Origin: Candidatus Latescibacterota bacterium | GTDB taxonomy: Bacteria > Krumholzibacteriota > Krumholzibacteriia > WVZY01 > JAKEHA01 | Assembly (NCBI GenBank): GCA_963707635.1 | Contig: OY970173.1 | Location: 1,312,001 to 1,376,000 of the forward strand | Length of the DNA: 64,000 bases | Direction of reading: 5' to 3' | Shown: one piece after another, positions 9,631-19,544 of the stretch | Layout: each line of letters opens with the position of its first letter | How positions within the stretch are numbered: the first letter of the stretch is position 1 | Position numbers and translations under genes: made by a program | Notes under the pieces: model-generated | Told to the model about the DNA's origin: nothing | The model's database searches: none | Seen by the model: only the letters and a program-made list of their open reading frames with translations

Positions 9631-10935
9631 ATGTCTACACTTCCGATCGTTTACATTTCCGACCTTCGCATCCATGCCGGCAAGCCCGTCGAGCTGCGGG
9701 GGTGGGTATACAACAGCCGTTCCGGCGGGAAGGTCCGCTTCCTCATCCTGCGCGACGGGACCGGCTACCTCCAGTGCGTCGCCAGCGCGGCCGACGTGAG
9801 CCCCGAGGACTTCGAGACCCTCGGGCATCTCACCCAGGAATCCAGCGTAATCGTCACCGGTGTCCCGCGCGAAGACAAGCGCGCGCCCGGCGGGATGGAG
9901 CTGACCTTGAAGAGCGTGCGGCTCATCGCGCGTGCCGACGATTTTCCCATCACGCCCAAGGAGCACTCGTCGTCGTTCCTTCTCGACCACCGGCACCTGT
10001 GGCTGCGCAGCAAGAAGCAGCACGTTGTGCTCAAGGTGCGCCATCACACCGTGAAGGCGATCCGCGACTATCTCAACAGCCACGGTTTCACCAACCTCGA
10101 CACGCCCATCTTCACGCCCAACGCGTGCGAAGGGACCAGCACCCTCTTCGAGACCGACTATTTCGGCGACAAGGCGTACTTGTCTCAAAGCGGGCAACTA
10201 TATAACGAGGCCACCGCGGCCGCGTTCGGGAAGGTGTACTGCTTCGGGCCCACGTTTCGGGCGGAGAAGTCCAAGACGCGGCGCCATCTCACCGAGTTCT
10301 GGATGGTCGAGCCCGAGGTTGCGTACATGGAGCTGCCCGAGCTGATCGAGCTGTGCGAGGACTTCTTCTGCTATGTCGTGGCGCGCGTGATGGAGACCTG
10401 CGGCGGAGAGATTCGCGAGACTCTGGAGCGAGACACGACCAAACTCGCGGCCGTGAAGAAACCGTTCCCGCGTATCCACTACAAGGACGCCGCCGCGTTC
10501 CTGCTGAAAAAGGGACTCCCGTTCGAAGTCGGCGGAGACTTCGGCGCGCCCGATGAGACCGCGCTCACCGAAGACCATGCGACTCCGGTCTTCGTCCATC
10601 ATTTCCCGACCGCCATCAAGGCGTTCTACATGGCGCCCGATCTGAAGGAGCCGGAGTATTGCCTGTCCGTCGACATGCTCGCGCCGGAGGGGTACGGGGA
10701 AGTCATCGGCGGGGGACAGCGCACCGCCGATCTCGACCTGCTGGAGAAGCGAATCAAGGAGCACAACCTCCCGCGCGCGGCGTTCGAGTGGTACCTGGAT
10801 CTTCGCAAGTACGGCTCGGTGCCGCACTCCGGCTTCGGGATGGGAGTGGAGCGAACGGTGGCATATCTGTGCGGGCTGCAGCACCTCCGCGAGGCGATTC
10901 CATTCCCGCGGATGTTGAATCGGTTGACTCCGTAG
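9631..10935 (+). CDS. asnS: Asparagine--tRNA ligase
   Basis: OB-fold ([14 protein letters not shown]), YLSQSGQLY, motif 2 [37 protein letters not shown]. Confidence 0.96.
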   Translation: MSTLPIVYISDLRIHAGKPVELRGWVYNSRSGGKVRFLILRDGTGYLQCVASAADVSPEDFETLGHLTQESSVIVTGVPREDKRAPGGMELTLKSVRLIARADDFPITPKEHSSSFLLDHRHLWLRSKKQHVVLKVRHHTVKAIRDYLNSHGFTNLDTPIFTPNACEGTSTLFETDYFGDKAYLSQSGQLYNEATAAAFGKVYCFGPTFRAEKSKTRRHLTEFWMVEPEVAYMELPELIELCEDFFCYVVARVMETCGGEIRETLERDTTKLAAVKKPFPRIHYKDAAAFLLKKGLPFEVGGDFGAPDETALTEDHATPVFVHHFPTAIKAFYMAPDLKEPEYCLSVDMLAPEGYGEVIGGGQRTADLDLLEKRIKEHNLPRAAFEWYLDLRKYGSVPHSGFGMGVERTVAYLCGLQHLREAIPFPRMLNRLTP

Positions 10936-10942
10936 GGATGCC

Positions 10943-11398
10943 GTGACAGAGGGGAACCTGGAGAGACTTCTCTCTCGGCGCTGGCCCTACGCCGAAGCCG
11001 ACCCCGCTGCCGTGACAGAGCTGGGCCGTCGCGTGGCCGAAGTGGGGCGCCGACAGGGCCTGATTCACTATTCAGACCTCGTGAGTGGTCTCGTCCTGCG
11101 CATGCCTAATGTTGACTCTGGGTCTCCGTTCGAGCTGGGCGTGCCCGAATGGCGAGACCTCGATCGCAACATTCTCGGCGACCTACTGGGGCGGTTGTCC
11201 CTGGAGAGCTACGCCAGGGGCGGATTTCTCGCTACGGCCCTCGTCACATCGAAGGAAACGCGGGAGCCGAGCGAGGGGTTCTGGAACCTGGTCACGGAAC
11301 TGGGACTGTTGAAATCCAGCAGTCAGAACCGCCGGCTGGTATTCTGGAGCGCGCAGGTTCGTTTTGCCTATGACTGGTATGCCGGCAATTCATGGTAG
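10943..11398 (+). CDS. Hypothetical protein
   Basis: 151-aa ORF (GTG start) tightly packed between asnS and the MerB-like gene. Protein-like composition, no motif recognised. Confidence 0.65.
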   Translation: MTEGNLERLLSRRWPYAEADPAAVTELGRRVAEVGRRQGLIHYSDLVSGLVLRMPNVDSGSPFELGVPEWRDLDRNILGDLLGRLSLESYARGGFLATALVTSKETREPSEGFWNLVTELGLLKSSSQNRRLVFWSAQVRFAYDWYAGNSW

Positions 11399-11410
11399 GG
11401 CGTGGAGCCC

Positions 11411-12091
11411 ATGCCCCTCCTGATCTCTGTCAAGCTCGCCATCTACGACACCCTGGCGACGACCACCCACGCTCCAACCGTCTTTGACATCGCGCAGAAA
11501 CTCAACGCCCCGATCGAAGACGTCCAATCTGCCTTCGACGAGCTACACAAGAAACGCCTCCTCGTTCCCGAGCCTGGCGACCCCACTCGCATCCGGATGG
11601 CTCCGCCGTTCTCGGGTGTCGAGACGCCGTTTCGCGTGACCATCGGCGACAAGGTCTACTACGCCCCTTGCGCGTGGGACTCGCTGGGCATTCCGGTCGC
11701 CCTTCATGCGGATGGTGTAATCGAGACAACAGACGGGCACACGGGAAAGCCGATTACTCTCATGGTCCAAAACGGCGCGCCGGTGCCGGAGCCGTGCGTC
11801 ATCCACATCGCCGTGCCCGCCGCGCACTGGTGGGACGACATCATCTACACATGAGCGACGATGCTGCTCTTCCGGTCGGAAGAGACGGTGGGTGCGTGGT
11901 GCAACGCGCGGAGACTTCCGAAGCGGCCGTTCGTGAGCCTGGACCAGGTGTGGGTGCTGGCGCGCGAGTGGTACGAGAACCGCCTCACGGTCGACTCGCG
12001 CCGGCCGGGGCCGGACGAAATGGTCGAGATCTTGTCAAGGATCGACCTGACGGGCCCGTTCTGGGACCCGAAGTCGGATCGATGGGGATAG
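11411..12091 (+). CDS. MerB-like alkylmercury/organometallic lyase, probable selenoprotein (UGA at 11852-11854 read as Sec)
   Basis: ORFs 11402..11854 and 11861..12091 are in the same frame, separated only by TGA-GCG-ACG. N-terminal winged-helix-like region, YYAPCAWDSL (MerB Cys96/Asp99-type motif) and WWDDIIYT-[TGA]-ATMLLFRSEE at the expected second catalytic Cys. Read-through gives 226 aa, close to MerB size. Confidence 0.8.
11863..11889 (+). promoter_or_regulatory. Candidate bacterial SECIS element
   Basis: Perfect stem CTCTTCC (11867-73) / GGAAGAG (11878-84) with a GGTC loop, extendable by GCTG/CGGT with a bulged A. Loop G-T lies 21-22 nt after the UGA. Confidence 0.72.
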
Positions 12092-12156
12092 AAGTGTGTG
12101 GTAGATGACAGGTGCACTCGGATATCCTTGTCGATGCTTTGAAAGAGGAGGTTCCA

Positions 12157-12660
12157 ATGAAGCGCTATTTCGTATTGTCGATGGTTCTGATGGCTGCGTT
12201 GTCCGGTTGCGCCAAGAAGGCGGACATCGAGGCGGAACGCACCGCACTTCGGCAGGCCGATGCGGACTGGGCGAAGACGGTGGCCGAGAAGAACGCGGAC
12301 GCATTCACGGGCTACTTCACGGCAGACGGCGTCGTCATGGCTCCGAACCTGCCGGCCGTCAGCGGGACGGACGCGATTCATGCGTGGGTCTCCGCGAACA
12401 TGGCGTTGCCGGGATTCGCGGTGACGTGGGAGGCCACATCGGCGGAAGTCGCGGCATCGGGAGATATCGGCTACACGCTGGGCAACTTCACGTTCCAGAT
12501 GTCGATGCCGGACGGGTCTCCGCTCAATGATCACGGCAAGTACGCGACCATCTGGAAGAAGCAGGCCGACGGGACCTGGAAGATCGCCGCCGACATCTTC
12601 AACTCGGAGATCCCGATGACGGCGATGCCGAGTGACACGACGGCGGTCCAGGGGCAGTAG
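12157..12660 (+). CDS. SnoaL-like/DUF4440 (NTF2-like) lipoprotein
   Basis: GAGGAGG RBS, lipobox LSGC, and SGDIGYTLG...GKYATIWKKQADGTWKI motif. Confidence 0.85.
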   Translation: MKRYFVLSMVLMAALSGCAKKADIEAERTALRQADADWAKTVAEKNADAFTGYFTADGVVMAPNLPAVSGTDAIHAWVSANMALPGFAVTWEATSAEVAASGDIGYTLGNFTFQMSMPDGSPLNDHGKYATIWKKQADGTWKIAADIFNSEIPMTAMPSDTTAVQGQ

Positions 12661-12820
12661 TTTGTCCTGGCTGAAAGACCCGGCGAAATAGAAGACGACG
12701 GCGATTCTTCGCCAAACGCCGTCATGCGGCGGCGTAAGACAAGAGCTTTGGGGCTTGTGCCGCCGAGTCGCCCGGGTATACGCTTCTCACTGCGCCAGAA
12801 GTCAACGGGCGTCGGTGGCC

Positions 12821-15800
12821 ATGCTGACACAATCCCGGAGCAAGCCGCCTCCCAGGCTCCTGCGGTTGTTCCTCCTCGGCCTGGGAGCAGCGGCCATTCA
12901 AGTCGGATCCGCACCGGTTCCGGCTCTCGCCCAGGGCGCGAGCATCGGGATCTACAGCGACCAATCGGGTAACATCTGCAGTTTCTCCGGGAACAGCCCC
13001 GGGACATTCACCGCGTACATCGTCTGTCGTCCGAACGTGAACGGAGTCACGGCCGTCGAGTTTGCGGCCCCGCCGCCGTCGTGCCTCGGGGCCGTGATCG
13101 AGGAAGAGATTCTCCCGATCGGGGCGCTGGCGATTGGCTCGGTGGAGACGGGCATTTCGATCGTCCTCCCGCAATGCTCGATGCTCCCGACCACGGTGCT
13201 CAAGGTCATCTACTCGCGCACCGGCTCGACGACGCCGTGCTGCGAGTATCCGATCGTGGCCGATTTGGTGCCCGGTGTTTTGTCCACCGTGGATTGTGCG
13301 GGAGTCGAGGTATCGACTTCCGGCGTGGTGAGCCATTTCAACGCCGACGCTTCCTGCCCTTGTGCCGGCAATAGCCAGCCGTCCATGCCGGACAATCCGA
13401 TGCCGAACGACTTGGCCGTCGGGCTAAGCGTGATGTCGAGCATGAGCTGGACCGGGTCGGACATCGATGGCAACCTCGCGGAATTTGATCTCTACCTGGG
13501 GACGAGTTCCTCTCCGCCGCTCGTCGCGGCCGGCCTCACGCAGCCCGGCTACACTCCACCTTCTCCGCTCGAGCCGCTGACGCGCTATTACTGGCGCGTG
13601 GTCGCGCGCGACGCGCTCGGGCTCGAGACGTCGGGTTTCATATGGACCTTCACCACGCGGCTGGTCAACTCGCCACCGGGCTCTCCACGGCCCCTGGACC
13701 CATTGAACGGGGCGCAGGCAGTGCCGCTGGACGTCATTGTCAGGTGGATGGCTGCAGACATCGATGACGACCCGCTCGTGTTCGACCTGTATTTCGGGAC
13801 GTCGCCGACACCTCCCCTCGTTGCCACGGACTTCGCCTTGACCGAGTATTCGCCCGGCCAGCTGAGCTACGAAACCACGTATTACTGGCGCGTGGTCGCC
13901 CGCGATCCGCTGGGTCAGGAGACGTCAGGCCCGGTGTGGAGCTTTGTCACGCGACCTGTCAACTTTCCGCCGGACCCACCGGAGAACGTGTCGCCATACA
14001 GCGGGGCGAACAATCAGCCGGTGACGGTCACCCTGACGTGGTCGGCGACCGATGCGGATAACGATACGCTGGTGTTCGACGTTTATCTTGGAACGGTCGT
14101 TCCACCGCCACTCGCAGCGACCGGCGTCAACACCAAGTACTATTCCCCCGGCGTTCTCGCCTTCGGAACGAAGTACTACTGGCGGATCGTGGCGCGCGAT
14201 GGTCACGGCGGTGCTACCTCCGGCACTACCACGTCGTTCACCACGCGACCGGAGAATTATCCGCCGACGGCGCCGTCGAATCCGGTGCCCGCCAATGGAG
14301 CGACGAATCAGCTGGTGACGACCACGCTCGCGTGGCAGTCCAGCGATCCCGACGGCCACGCGATCACCTACGACGTGTACTTCGGAACGACGTCACCACC
14401 GCCGCTGATCGCGAGCAACGTCACCACGAAGACGTACGCGCCGGGGCTGCTCGCGTTTGCGACGACGTACCGCTGGAAGATCGTGGCGCGGGATGAGCTT
14501 GGCGCCACGACCTCGGGCTCGATCTGGAGCTTCAGCACGAGAGTGGCGAACTATCCGCCGAGCGCACCGTCGAGTCCTTCGCCTGCCAACAACGCGACGA
14601 ACAGGCCGGTGACGACCACGCTGGGGTGGCAGTGCAGCGACTCGGACGGCGACGCGATCACCTACGACGTGTACTTCGGCACGGCGTCACCCCCGCCGCT
14701 GGTGGCGAGCAACGTCGCGACGAAGGCGTACGCGCCGGGGCCGCTCGCGTTCGCGACGACGTACCGGTGGAAGATTGTCGCGCGGGATGCGCCTGGCGCC
14801 GAGACCTCGGGCCCGATCTGGAGCTTCACCACCAAAGCCAATTCCGCACCGACTGCGCCGTCGAACCCGAACCCGCCGAACAACAGCGCGTCGCTGCTTT
14901 CGCCGACGCTCTCATGGACGTCGACGGATGTCGACGGACAGCCGCTGACACACAGCGTCTACTTTGGCACAACCTCGGCTCCGCCGATGGTTGCATCGGG
15001 ACTCACGGCGCCCAGCTACACGCCCGGCACCCTGGAGGCCACCGTGCAGTATTTCTGGCGGGTAGTGGTTTCCGACGGCGTACTGTCGACGAGCGGCCCG
15101 ACGTGGAAGTTCACCGCCTTTCGACCGGGAGACGTCGATGCGGACGGCGTGATTACCCTCGCCGACGCCTCGTGCGCTCTAAAGCTCTTCGTCGGGACCG
15201 GCGATTGCGCCGCCGGGGGCGGTGCGGTCGCCGCCGATATCAACTGCAGTGGGTTCGTCACCCCGCGCGACGCGCGATGCATCCACAAACACGTCCTAAA
15301 CGGGTCCTGCACGTTCTGCGGAGAATCCGGAGAGGAGCCTGCCTCCGCTGCATCGACCCCGCTGGTCACTGCCGGTCCGGTGTGGGAGAGCGATGACACC
15401 CTGAATGTGAGCCTGTTCGTGGCGGGCGTTCCCTCACTGGAGTCATTCGGTTTCAATCTGATCCACGATCCTACGGCGCGGCTGGTGGGGCTCGTTCGGC
15501 GAAGTGTCACCACCGCCTTCGAGGCGATGGAGGTGGGCGTGGAGGTCGCGTGGGAACCCATCTGGATAGGTGGTTATACGCTCGGGGGCGTGCCGGCTGT
15601 TTCCACAGTCGAACTCGTTCGACTGCGCTTCGTGATCGACTCCGGTAATGGCGGCAGTGTGCTCGTCAGAGACTTCGTCGACGACCTGGAGGGCGCGAAT
15701 CCGTTGTTTGTTGTGTTGGGAGGTGGCGGGTCAGTTCCCGTGTTGTTTACGCGCTTCGACGCCGTGCTCGAGGATGGCGGCGTCGACGTGCGCTGGGAGC

Positions 15801-16306
15801 TGACGAACGACGAAGCGATGGAGAGCTTCGCTCTTTATCGCCGCGAAGGTGCCGCTCCACTCGCAGACGTGATTGCGCAGGGGCCGGTCAATACCGGCGC
15901 GGGGTCGTACCTCGATCGTTCGGCCGGGGCCGGAAAGACGTATCGCTACGAGATGCTGGTCCAAACGCAGGATGGGGACGCGTTCCGCTCACCGGTTGCC
16001 ACGGTGACGACGCCGGCGAGCTCGCTCGTGCTCGGGCAGAACCATCCCAACCCGTTCAATCCCCAGACAACGATTCCTTACGAGCTGCCGAGCACGGCGC
16101 AGGCGGTGCATGCACGGCTCGTGATCCTGGATACCGCCGGCCGGGTCGTGCGAACGCTGGTCGATGAGGACCAGGCAGGTGGTTCGCGCGAGGCGGTGTG
16201 GAACGGCCGGAACGATGCCGGCGGCACCGTCTCGAGCGGCGTCTATTTCTATGTGCTGGACGCGGGCGGGGAGCGTAGAACGCGGAAGCTCGTCCTGCTA
16301 AAGTAA
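12821..16306 (+). CDS. Large secreted protein: six FN3/Ig-like repeats, dockerin-like pair, cohesin-like domain, C-terminal FlgD-Ig (T9SS-type) sorting domain
   Basis: Signal peptide. Six ~97-aa repeats (NxPP..P..W...D.DG..YDVYFGT...YYWRVVARD..SG..WSFTT). GDVDADGVITLAD...ADINCSGFVTPRD. C-terminal QNHPNPFNPQT...SSGVYFY...KLVLLK. Confidence 0.85.
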   Translation: MLTQSRSKPPPRLLRLFLLGLGAAAIQVGSAPVPALAQGASIGIYSDQSGNICSFSGNSPGTFTAYIVCRPNVNGVTAVEFAAPPPSCLGAVIEEEILPIGALAIGSVETGISIVLPQCSMLPTTVLKVIYSRTGSTTPCCEYPIVADLVPGVLSTVDCAGVEVSTSGVVSHFNADASCPCAGNSQPSMPDNPMPNDLAVGLSVMSSMSWTGSDIDGNLAEFDLYLGTSSSPPLVAAGLTQPGYTPPSPLEPLTRYYWRVVARDALGLETSGFIWTFTTRLVNSPPGSPRPLDPLNGAQAVPLDVIVRWMAADIDDDPLVFDLYFGTSPTPPLVATDFALTEYSPGQLSYETTYYWRVVARDPLGQETSGPVWSFVTRPVNFPPDPPENVSPYSGANNQPVTVTLTWSATDADNDTLVFDVYLGTVVPPPLAATGVNTKYYSPGVLAFGTKYYWRIVARDGHGGATSGTTTSFTTRPENYPPTAPSNPVPANGATNQLVTTTLAWQSSDPDGHAITYDVYFGTTSPPPLIASNVTTKTYAPGLLAFATTYRWKIVARDELGATTSGSIWSFSTRVANYPPSAPSSPSPANNATNRPVTTTLGWQCSDSDGDAITYDVYFGTASPPPLVASNVATKAYAPGPLAFATTYRWKIVARDAPGAETSGPIWSFTTKANSAPTAPSNPNPPNNSASLLSPTLSWTSTDVDGQPLTHSVYFGTTSAPPMVASGLTAPSYTPGTLEATVQYFWRVVVSDGVLSTSGPTWKFTAFRPGDVDADGVITLADASCALKLFVGTGDCAAGGGAVAADINCSGFVTPRDARCIHKHVLNGSCTFCGESGEEPASAASTPLVTAGPVWESDDTLNVSLFVAGVPSLESFGFNLIHDPTARLVGLVRRSVTTAFEAMEVGVEVAWEPIWIGGYTLGGVPAVSTVELVRLRFVIDSGNGGSVLVRDFVDDLEGANPLFVVLGGGGSVPVLFTRFDAVLEDGGVDVRWELTNDEAMESFALYRREGAAPLADVIAQGPVNTGAGSYLDRSAGAGKTYRYEMLVQTQDGDAFRSPVATVTTPASSLVLGQNHPNPFNPQTTIPYELPSTAQAVHARLVILDTAGRVVRTLVDEDQAGGSREAVWNGRNDAGGTVSSGVYFYVLDAGGERRTRKLVLLK
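13370..15118 (+). repeat. Coding tandem repeats (6 x ~290 bp, FN3-like)
   Basis: Repeats 4 and 5 are highly similar at DNA level (e.g. gcgatcacctacgacgtgtacttcgg). Confidence 0.85.
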
Positions 16307-16373
16307 CAGCGCCTTTCTCTCGCCCGCCGCGCGTGCGGCACACCCAATCTGAACGGCTTTGAAGGGAGACACC

Positions 16374-17012
16374 ATGAAGATCGGAATCCTCGGGTCCGGT
16401 GACGTCGCGAGAGCCCTCGCGATCGGATTCCTCAAGTACAGGCACGAGGTGTTGCTGGGCACGCGCAGCGCCGGGAAGCTTGCGGAATTCGTGAAGCAGC
16501 ACCCGGGTGTCCGTGTCGGCACGGTCGCGGATGCGGCCGAGTTTGGCGAAGCGCTCGTGCTTGCTGTCCGGGGGGCGCCGGCGGCGGACGTCCTGCGCGC
16601 GGCGGGCAAGGCCAACCTCACCGGCAAGGTCGTGATCGACGCCACCAATCCGATTCTGGATGGGCCGCCGGTGAACGGCGTGCTCAAGTACTTCACGACC
16701 TACGACGAGTCGCTGATGGAACGGCTTCAGCGAGAGTTTCCGGACGCGCGCTTCGTGAAGGCGTTCAACTCGGTGGGGAGCGCGTTCATGGTGGATCCGA
16801 AGTTCAAAGGCGGCAAGCCCACCATGTTCATCTGCGGCAACGACGACGCGGCGCGCAAGACCGTGACCGGGATCCTGGAGCAGTTCGGCTGGGAGGCGTC
16901 CGACATGGGCAAGGCGGAGGCGGCCCGCGCCATCGAGCCGCTGGCCATTCTGTGGTGCATCCCGGGCTTTCTGCGCGACGACTGGACGCACGCATTCAAG
17001 GTCTTGAGCTAG
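16374..17012 (+). CDS. NADPH-dependent F420 reductase-like dinucleotide-binding oxidoreductase
   Basis: MKIGILGSGDV Rossmann motif, VIDATNP, FVKAFNSV, MFICGND. GGAG RBS. Confidence 0.88.
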   Translation: MKIGILGSGDVARALAIGFLKYRHEVLLGTRSAGKLAEFVKQHPGVRVGTVADAAEFGEALVLAVRGAPAADVLRAAGKANLTGKVVIDATNPILDGPPVNGVLKYFTTYDESLMERLQREFPDARFVKAFNSVGSAFMVDPKFKGGKPTMFICGNDDAARKTVTGILEQFGWEASDMGKAEAARAIEPLAILWCIPGFLRDDWTHAFKVLS

Positions 17013-17109
17013 AACGGCCCCGCGAGGGCGCTACGCGGCGCCGGAGTCCGTAGAATCCGGGCTCGCGCAAACGGCACCAGGATTGCTCGTCGGGGAACGG
17101 TGGTCCCCG

Positions 17110-17433
17110 ATGAGCGATTTCGAGCTTGCCCAGGAGTTTCGCAGACGCCGCCGCGTGACACGCTGGTGCGTGTTTGCCAGCGCGGTCGTGCTGCTCCTGG
17201 CCTGGCGGCTCGACCCATACGGCCGGTTCATCGCGAGCACCCTCGGTGCCTCGCTGTTTGTGACTGCGGTTCTGCTCTATTTCAGGTGGTGCAACCGGTG
17301 CCCCCGCTGCGGCGCGTCGCTCTCCAGGGCTCCCGAATACGCCAGCGATGAGACCGGCGGCCTGCCGTTGCTCAATTCGATTGCCTCCTGTCCGTTCTGC
17401 AAACAGGATCTGAAGGGAAGAACCTACCGCTAG
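17110..17433 (+). CDS. Small membrane protein with CxxC-CxxC zinc ribbon
   Basis: Two hydrophobic helices followed by CPRC and CPFC. Confidence 0.6.
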   Translation: MSDFELAQEFRRRRRVTRWCVFASAVVLLLAWRLDPYGRFIASTLGASLFVTAVLLYFRWCNRCPRCGASLSRAPEYASDETGGLPLLNSIASCPFCKQDLKGRTYR

Positions 17434-19346
17434 AGGTGGGGCCTCACAGCCGCCGGCTCTGTGGCGGAGTGCGATTCCGTTCTGCGCTGGAAACGACTCA
17501 TCTCGTCCATGGCCATGCGGGCCAGATCCCCGCGCATGGCGCCCGCCTTCGCGCCGATGTCCCAGAGCTTGTACTTCTGCATGTACATCGGGTAGACCAC
17601 GTATACGTCGTCGCCCATCACGACGGCGTGGTTCACATAACTGGTCATGACGATCGGGCGCTCTCCGCCCAGCGGAGCGAAGAGGTTGCGTCCGTTGCTG
17701 TAGTCGCCGATGTCCTGCCCGCAGCCGAGTCCTTCGACCATGAGCGTGGGCGGGATGTCGACGTGCGCCGTCACCTCGGTGACGCGGCGCGGCTTCTCCC
17801 ACGGCACGTAGACGATCAGAGGCACACGGGTCTGGTAACCTGTGAAATTGCTGGTGTGTCCCCAGTAGTTGGCGTGATTGTCGTTGAACTCCTCGGCGTG
17901 GTCCGAGGTGATCACGACGATCGTGTGCTCAAGGATACCGGACGCGTCGAGCGAGTCGATGAGTTCGCCCACCAGGCCGTCCACGTAGCTGACGGAGTTT
18001 CGATAGTCGTTCATCACCGGCGCCGGGTCGCGCTCGCGCGAGGCGAGCGCGGGGTTGAGCTTGTGCGCCGGGTGGAAGCGCGCCGAGTCTTTCGGGTAGT
18101 AGTAGCTAAAGTGCGTCGACTTGTAGAACGCGAATCCGAAGAACGGCTTTCCCGCACGGTCCTGTTCGCTGGCAAATGCGATCAGCCGGTTGGTGAGATC
18201 CCGGTCCTTGGCGTCCGCGCTCGAGCCCGCGAACGACTCCTGGACCTCGATCCCCCGAAACACGGTGTCCTTGATCTTGTGGCGCTGAAAGTGCGAGTCG
18301 GCGAAAATTCCGAACGCGTAGCCGTTGGCCTCCAGCGCGTCGATCAGGACCGGGTTGTCGATGGCGGAGCTGTTCGCCTTGACCGCGGTCCAGTAGGTGG
18401 GATGAATGCCGTAGAAGATCCCGAAGATGCCGCTCGGCGTGGAGTTCCCGGAGCTGAAGTGGTTCAGGAACACCGACGACCGGCGCGAGAACGCCTCCAT
18501 GCGCGGTGAGACGACCTCGTCCATCGTATCGAAGCGCCAGCTCTCGAGGACGATCATGAGGATATTCGGGAGCCGTCTTCCCACCGGTGCAACCATCGGC
18601 ACCTCACGAAGCGGATACGCGAGGGACAGCGACGAGCCCGAGTCCGACGACGTTCCCGTGTCGGCGATCATGGGCAGGAGGCTCGCGTATTTCACCGCGT
18701 CGCGGTGGGACGTGATCGGATAATAGAAGGGCAGCCGCGGCGTGATGTCGGTGAAGCGGGTGTCGTTCTTCTCGTACGCCACGATGTGGAGCGCCTGGCT
18801 GGCCGCGAAGGCCGCGACGGCGACGATGGTGGCGCCGATCACGAAGCGCCGGCGGTTGGGCAACCGCTTGGCGAGCCGAAACAGGAGCCACTCGAGGCCC
18901 ACGACGCACGCCAGCACGACGACGGCGGTGGCCACCAGGCGCCCGGAGATGCCGATGCCGCTGAAGGACGTAAACGCGAATTCCAGCCAGAACGCGTTCA
19001 GGTGGAACCGGTAGACCGGGTACACGAAGCTGTCGAGAACGAAGAAGTACAACGCGACGGCGAGGAATGTCCCGCAGAGCGCCACGGCGACCCGCGTCGA
19101 GAACGCCGTCACGGCGAACACGAGTGTTACGAGGACGAGGAGAACGAGCACGTAGTAGCCAACCAGCACGAGGCCCGCGTAGACACCCGCCAGGCTGGTG
19201 AGGTCCACGCCCACGAGGTGGCGCATCAGGGCCAGCACGAGGAACGGCGTGGTCAGGCACAGCGCGGCGACGACGCGCGAGTACTCCGAGGCTCGTTTCG
19301 AGAGCCACGCGTGCAGGGGAGAAGTGCTGCCGGGCGTTTCAGACAT
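17430..19346 (-). CDS. YejM/PbgA-like membrane-anchored sulfatase-fold protein (DUF3413 + sulfatase)
   Basis: About five N-terminal TMs, then NILMIVLESWR, NHFSSGNSTPSGIFGIFYGI and TSDHAEEFND..YWGH, which resemble YejM-family motifs. Start could be 19358. Confidence 0.8.
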   Translation of the reverse strand: MSETPGSTSPLHAWLSKRASEYSRVVAALCLTTPFLVLALMRHLVGVDLTSLAGVYAGLVLVGYYVLVLLVLVTLVFAVTAFSTRVAVALCGTFLAVALYFFVLDSFVYPVYRFHLNAFWLEFAFTSFSGIGISGRLVATAVVVLACVVGLEWLLFRLAKRLPNRRRFVIGATIVAVAAFAASQALHIVAYEKNDTRFTDITPRLPFYYPITSHRDAVKYASLLPMIADTGTSSDSGSSLSLAYPLREVPMVAPVGRRLPNILMIVLESWRFDTMDEVVSPRMEAFSRRSSVFLNHFSSGNSTPSGIFGIFYGIHPTYWTAVKANSSAIDNPVLIDALEANGYAFGIFADSHFQRHKIKDTVFRGIEVQESFAGSSADAKDRDLTNRLIAFASEQDRAGKPFFGFAFYKSTHFSYYYPKDSARFHPAHKLNPALASRERDPAPVMNDYRNSVSYVDGLVGELIDSLDASGILEHTIVVITSDHAEEFNDNHANYWGHTSNFTGYQTRVPLIVYVPWEKPRRVTEVTAHVDIPPTLMVEGLGCGQDIGDYSNGRNLFAPLGGERPIVMTSYVNHAVVMGDDVYVVYPMYMQKYKLWDIGAKAGAMRGDLARMAMDEMSRFQRRTESHSATEPAAVRPHL

Positions 19347-19544
19347 CGGTCGATCCACACGAAACCGGATCGGTGACGAGCGGGACGCTCGTACTCGACA
19401 GCATTATATAGGCCGACGCGAGGTCAAAATCAAGGGGTGCATTGCCGGGGGACCGTCGGGCCGGCCTGAATTTCCGTTGCGGCGCCTGGATCGTGTACAA
19501 TGTCAACTCGGATTCATGCCGGCCGCGCCAGTCGAGGGTTGACC

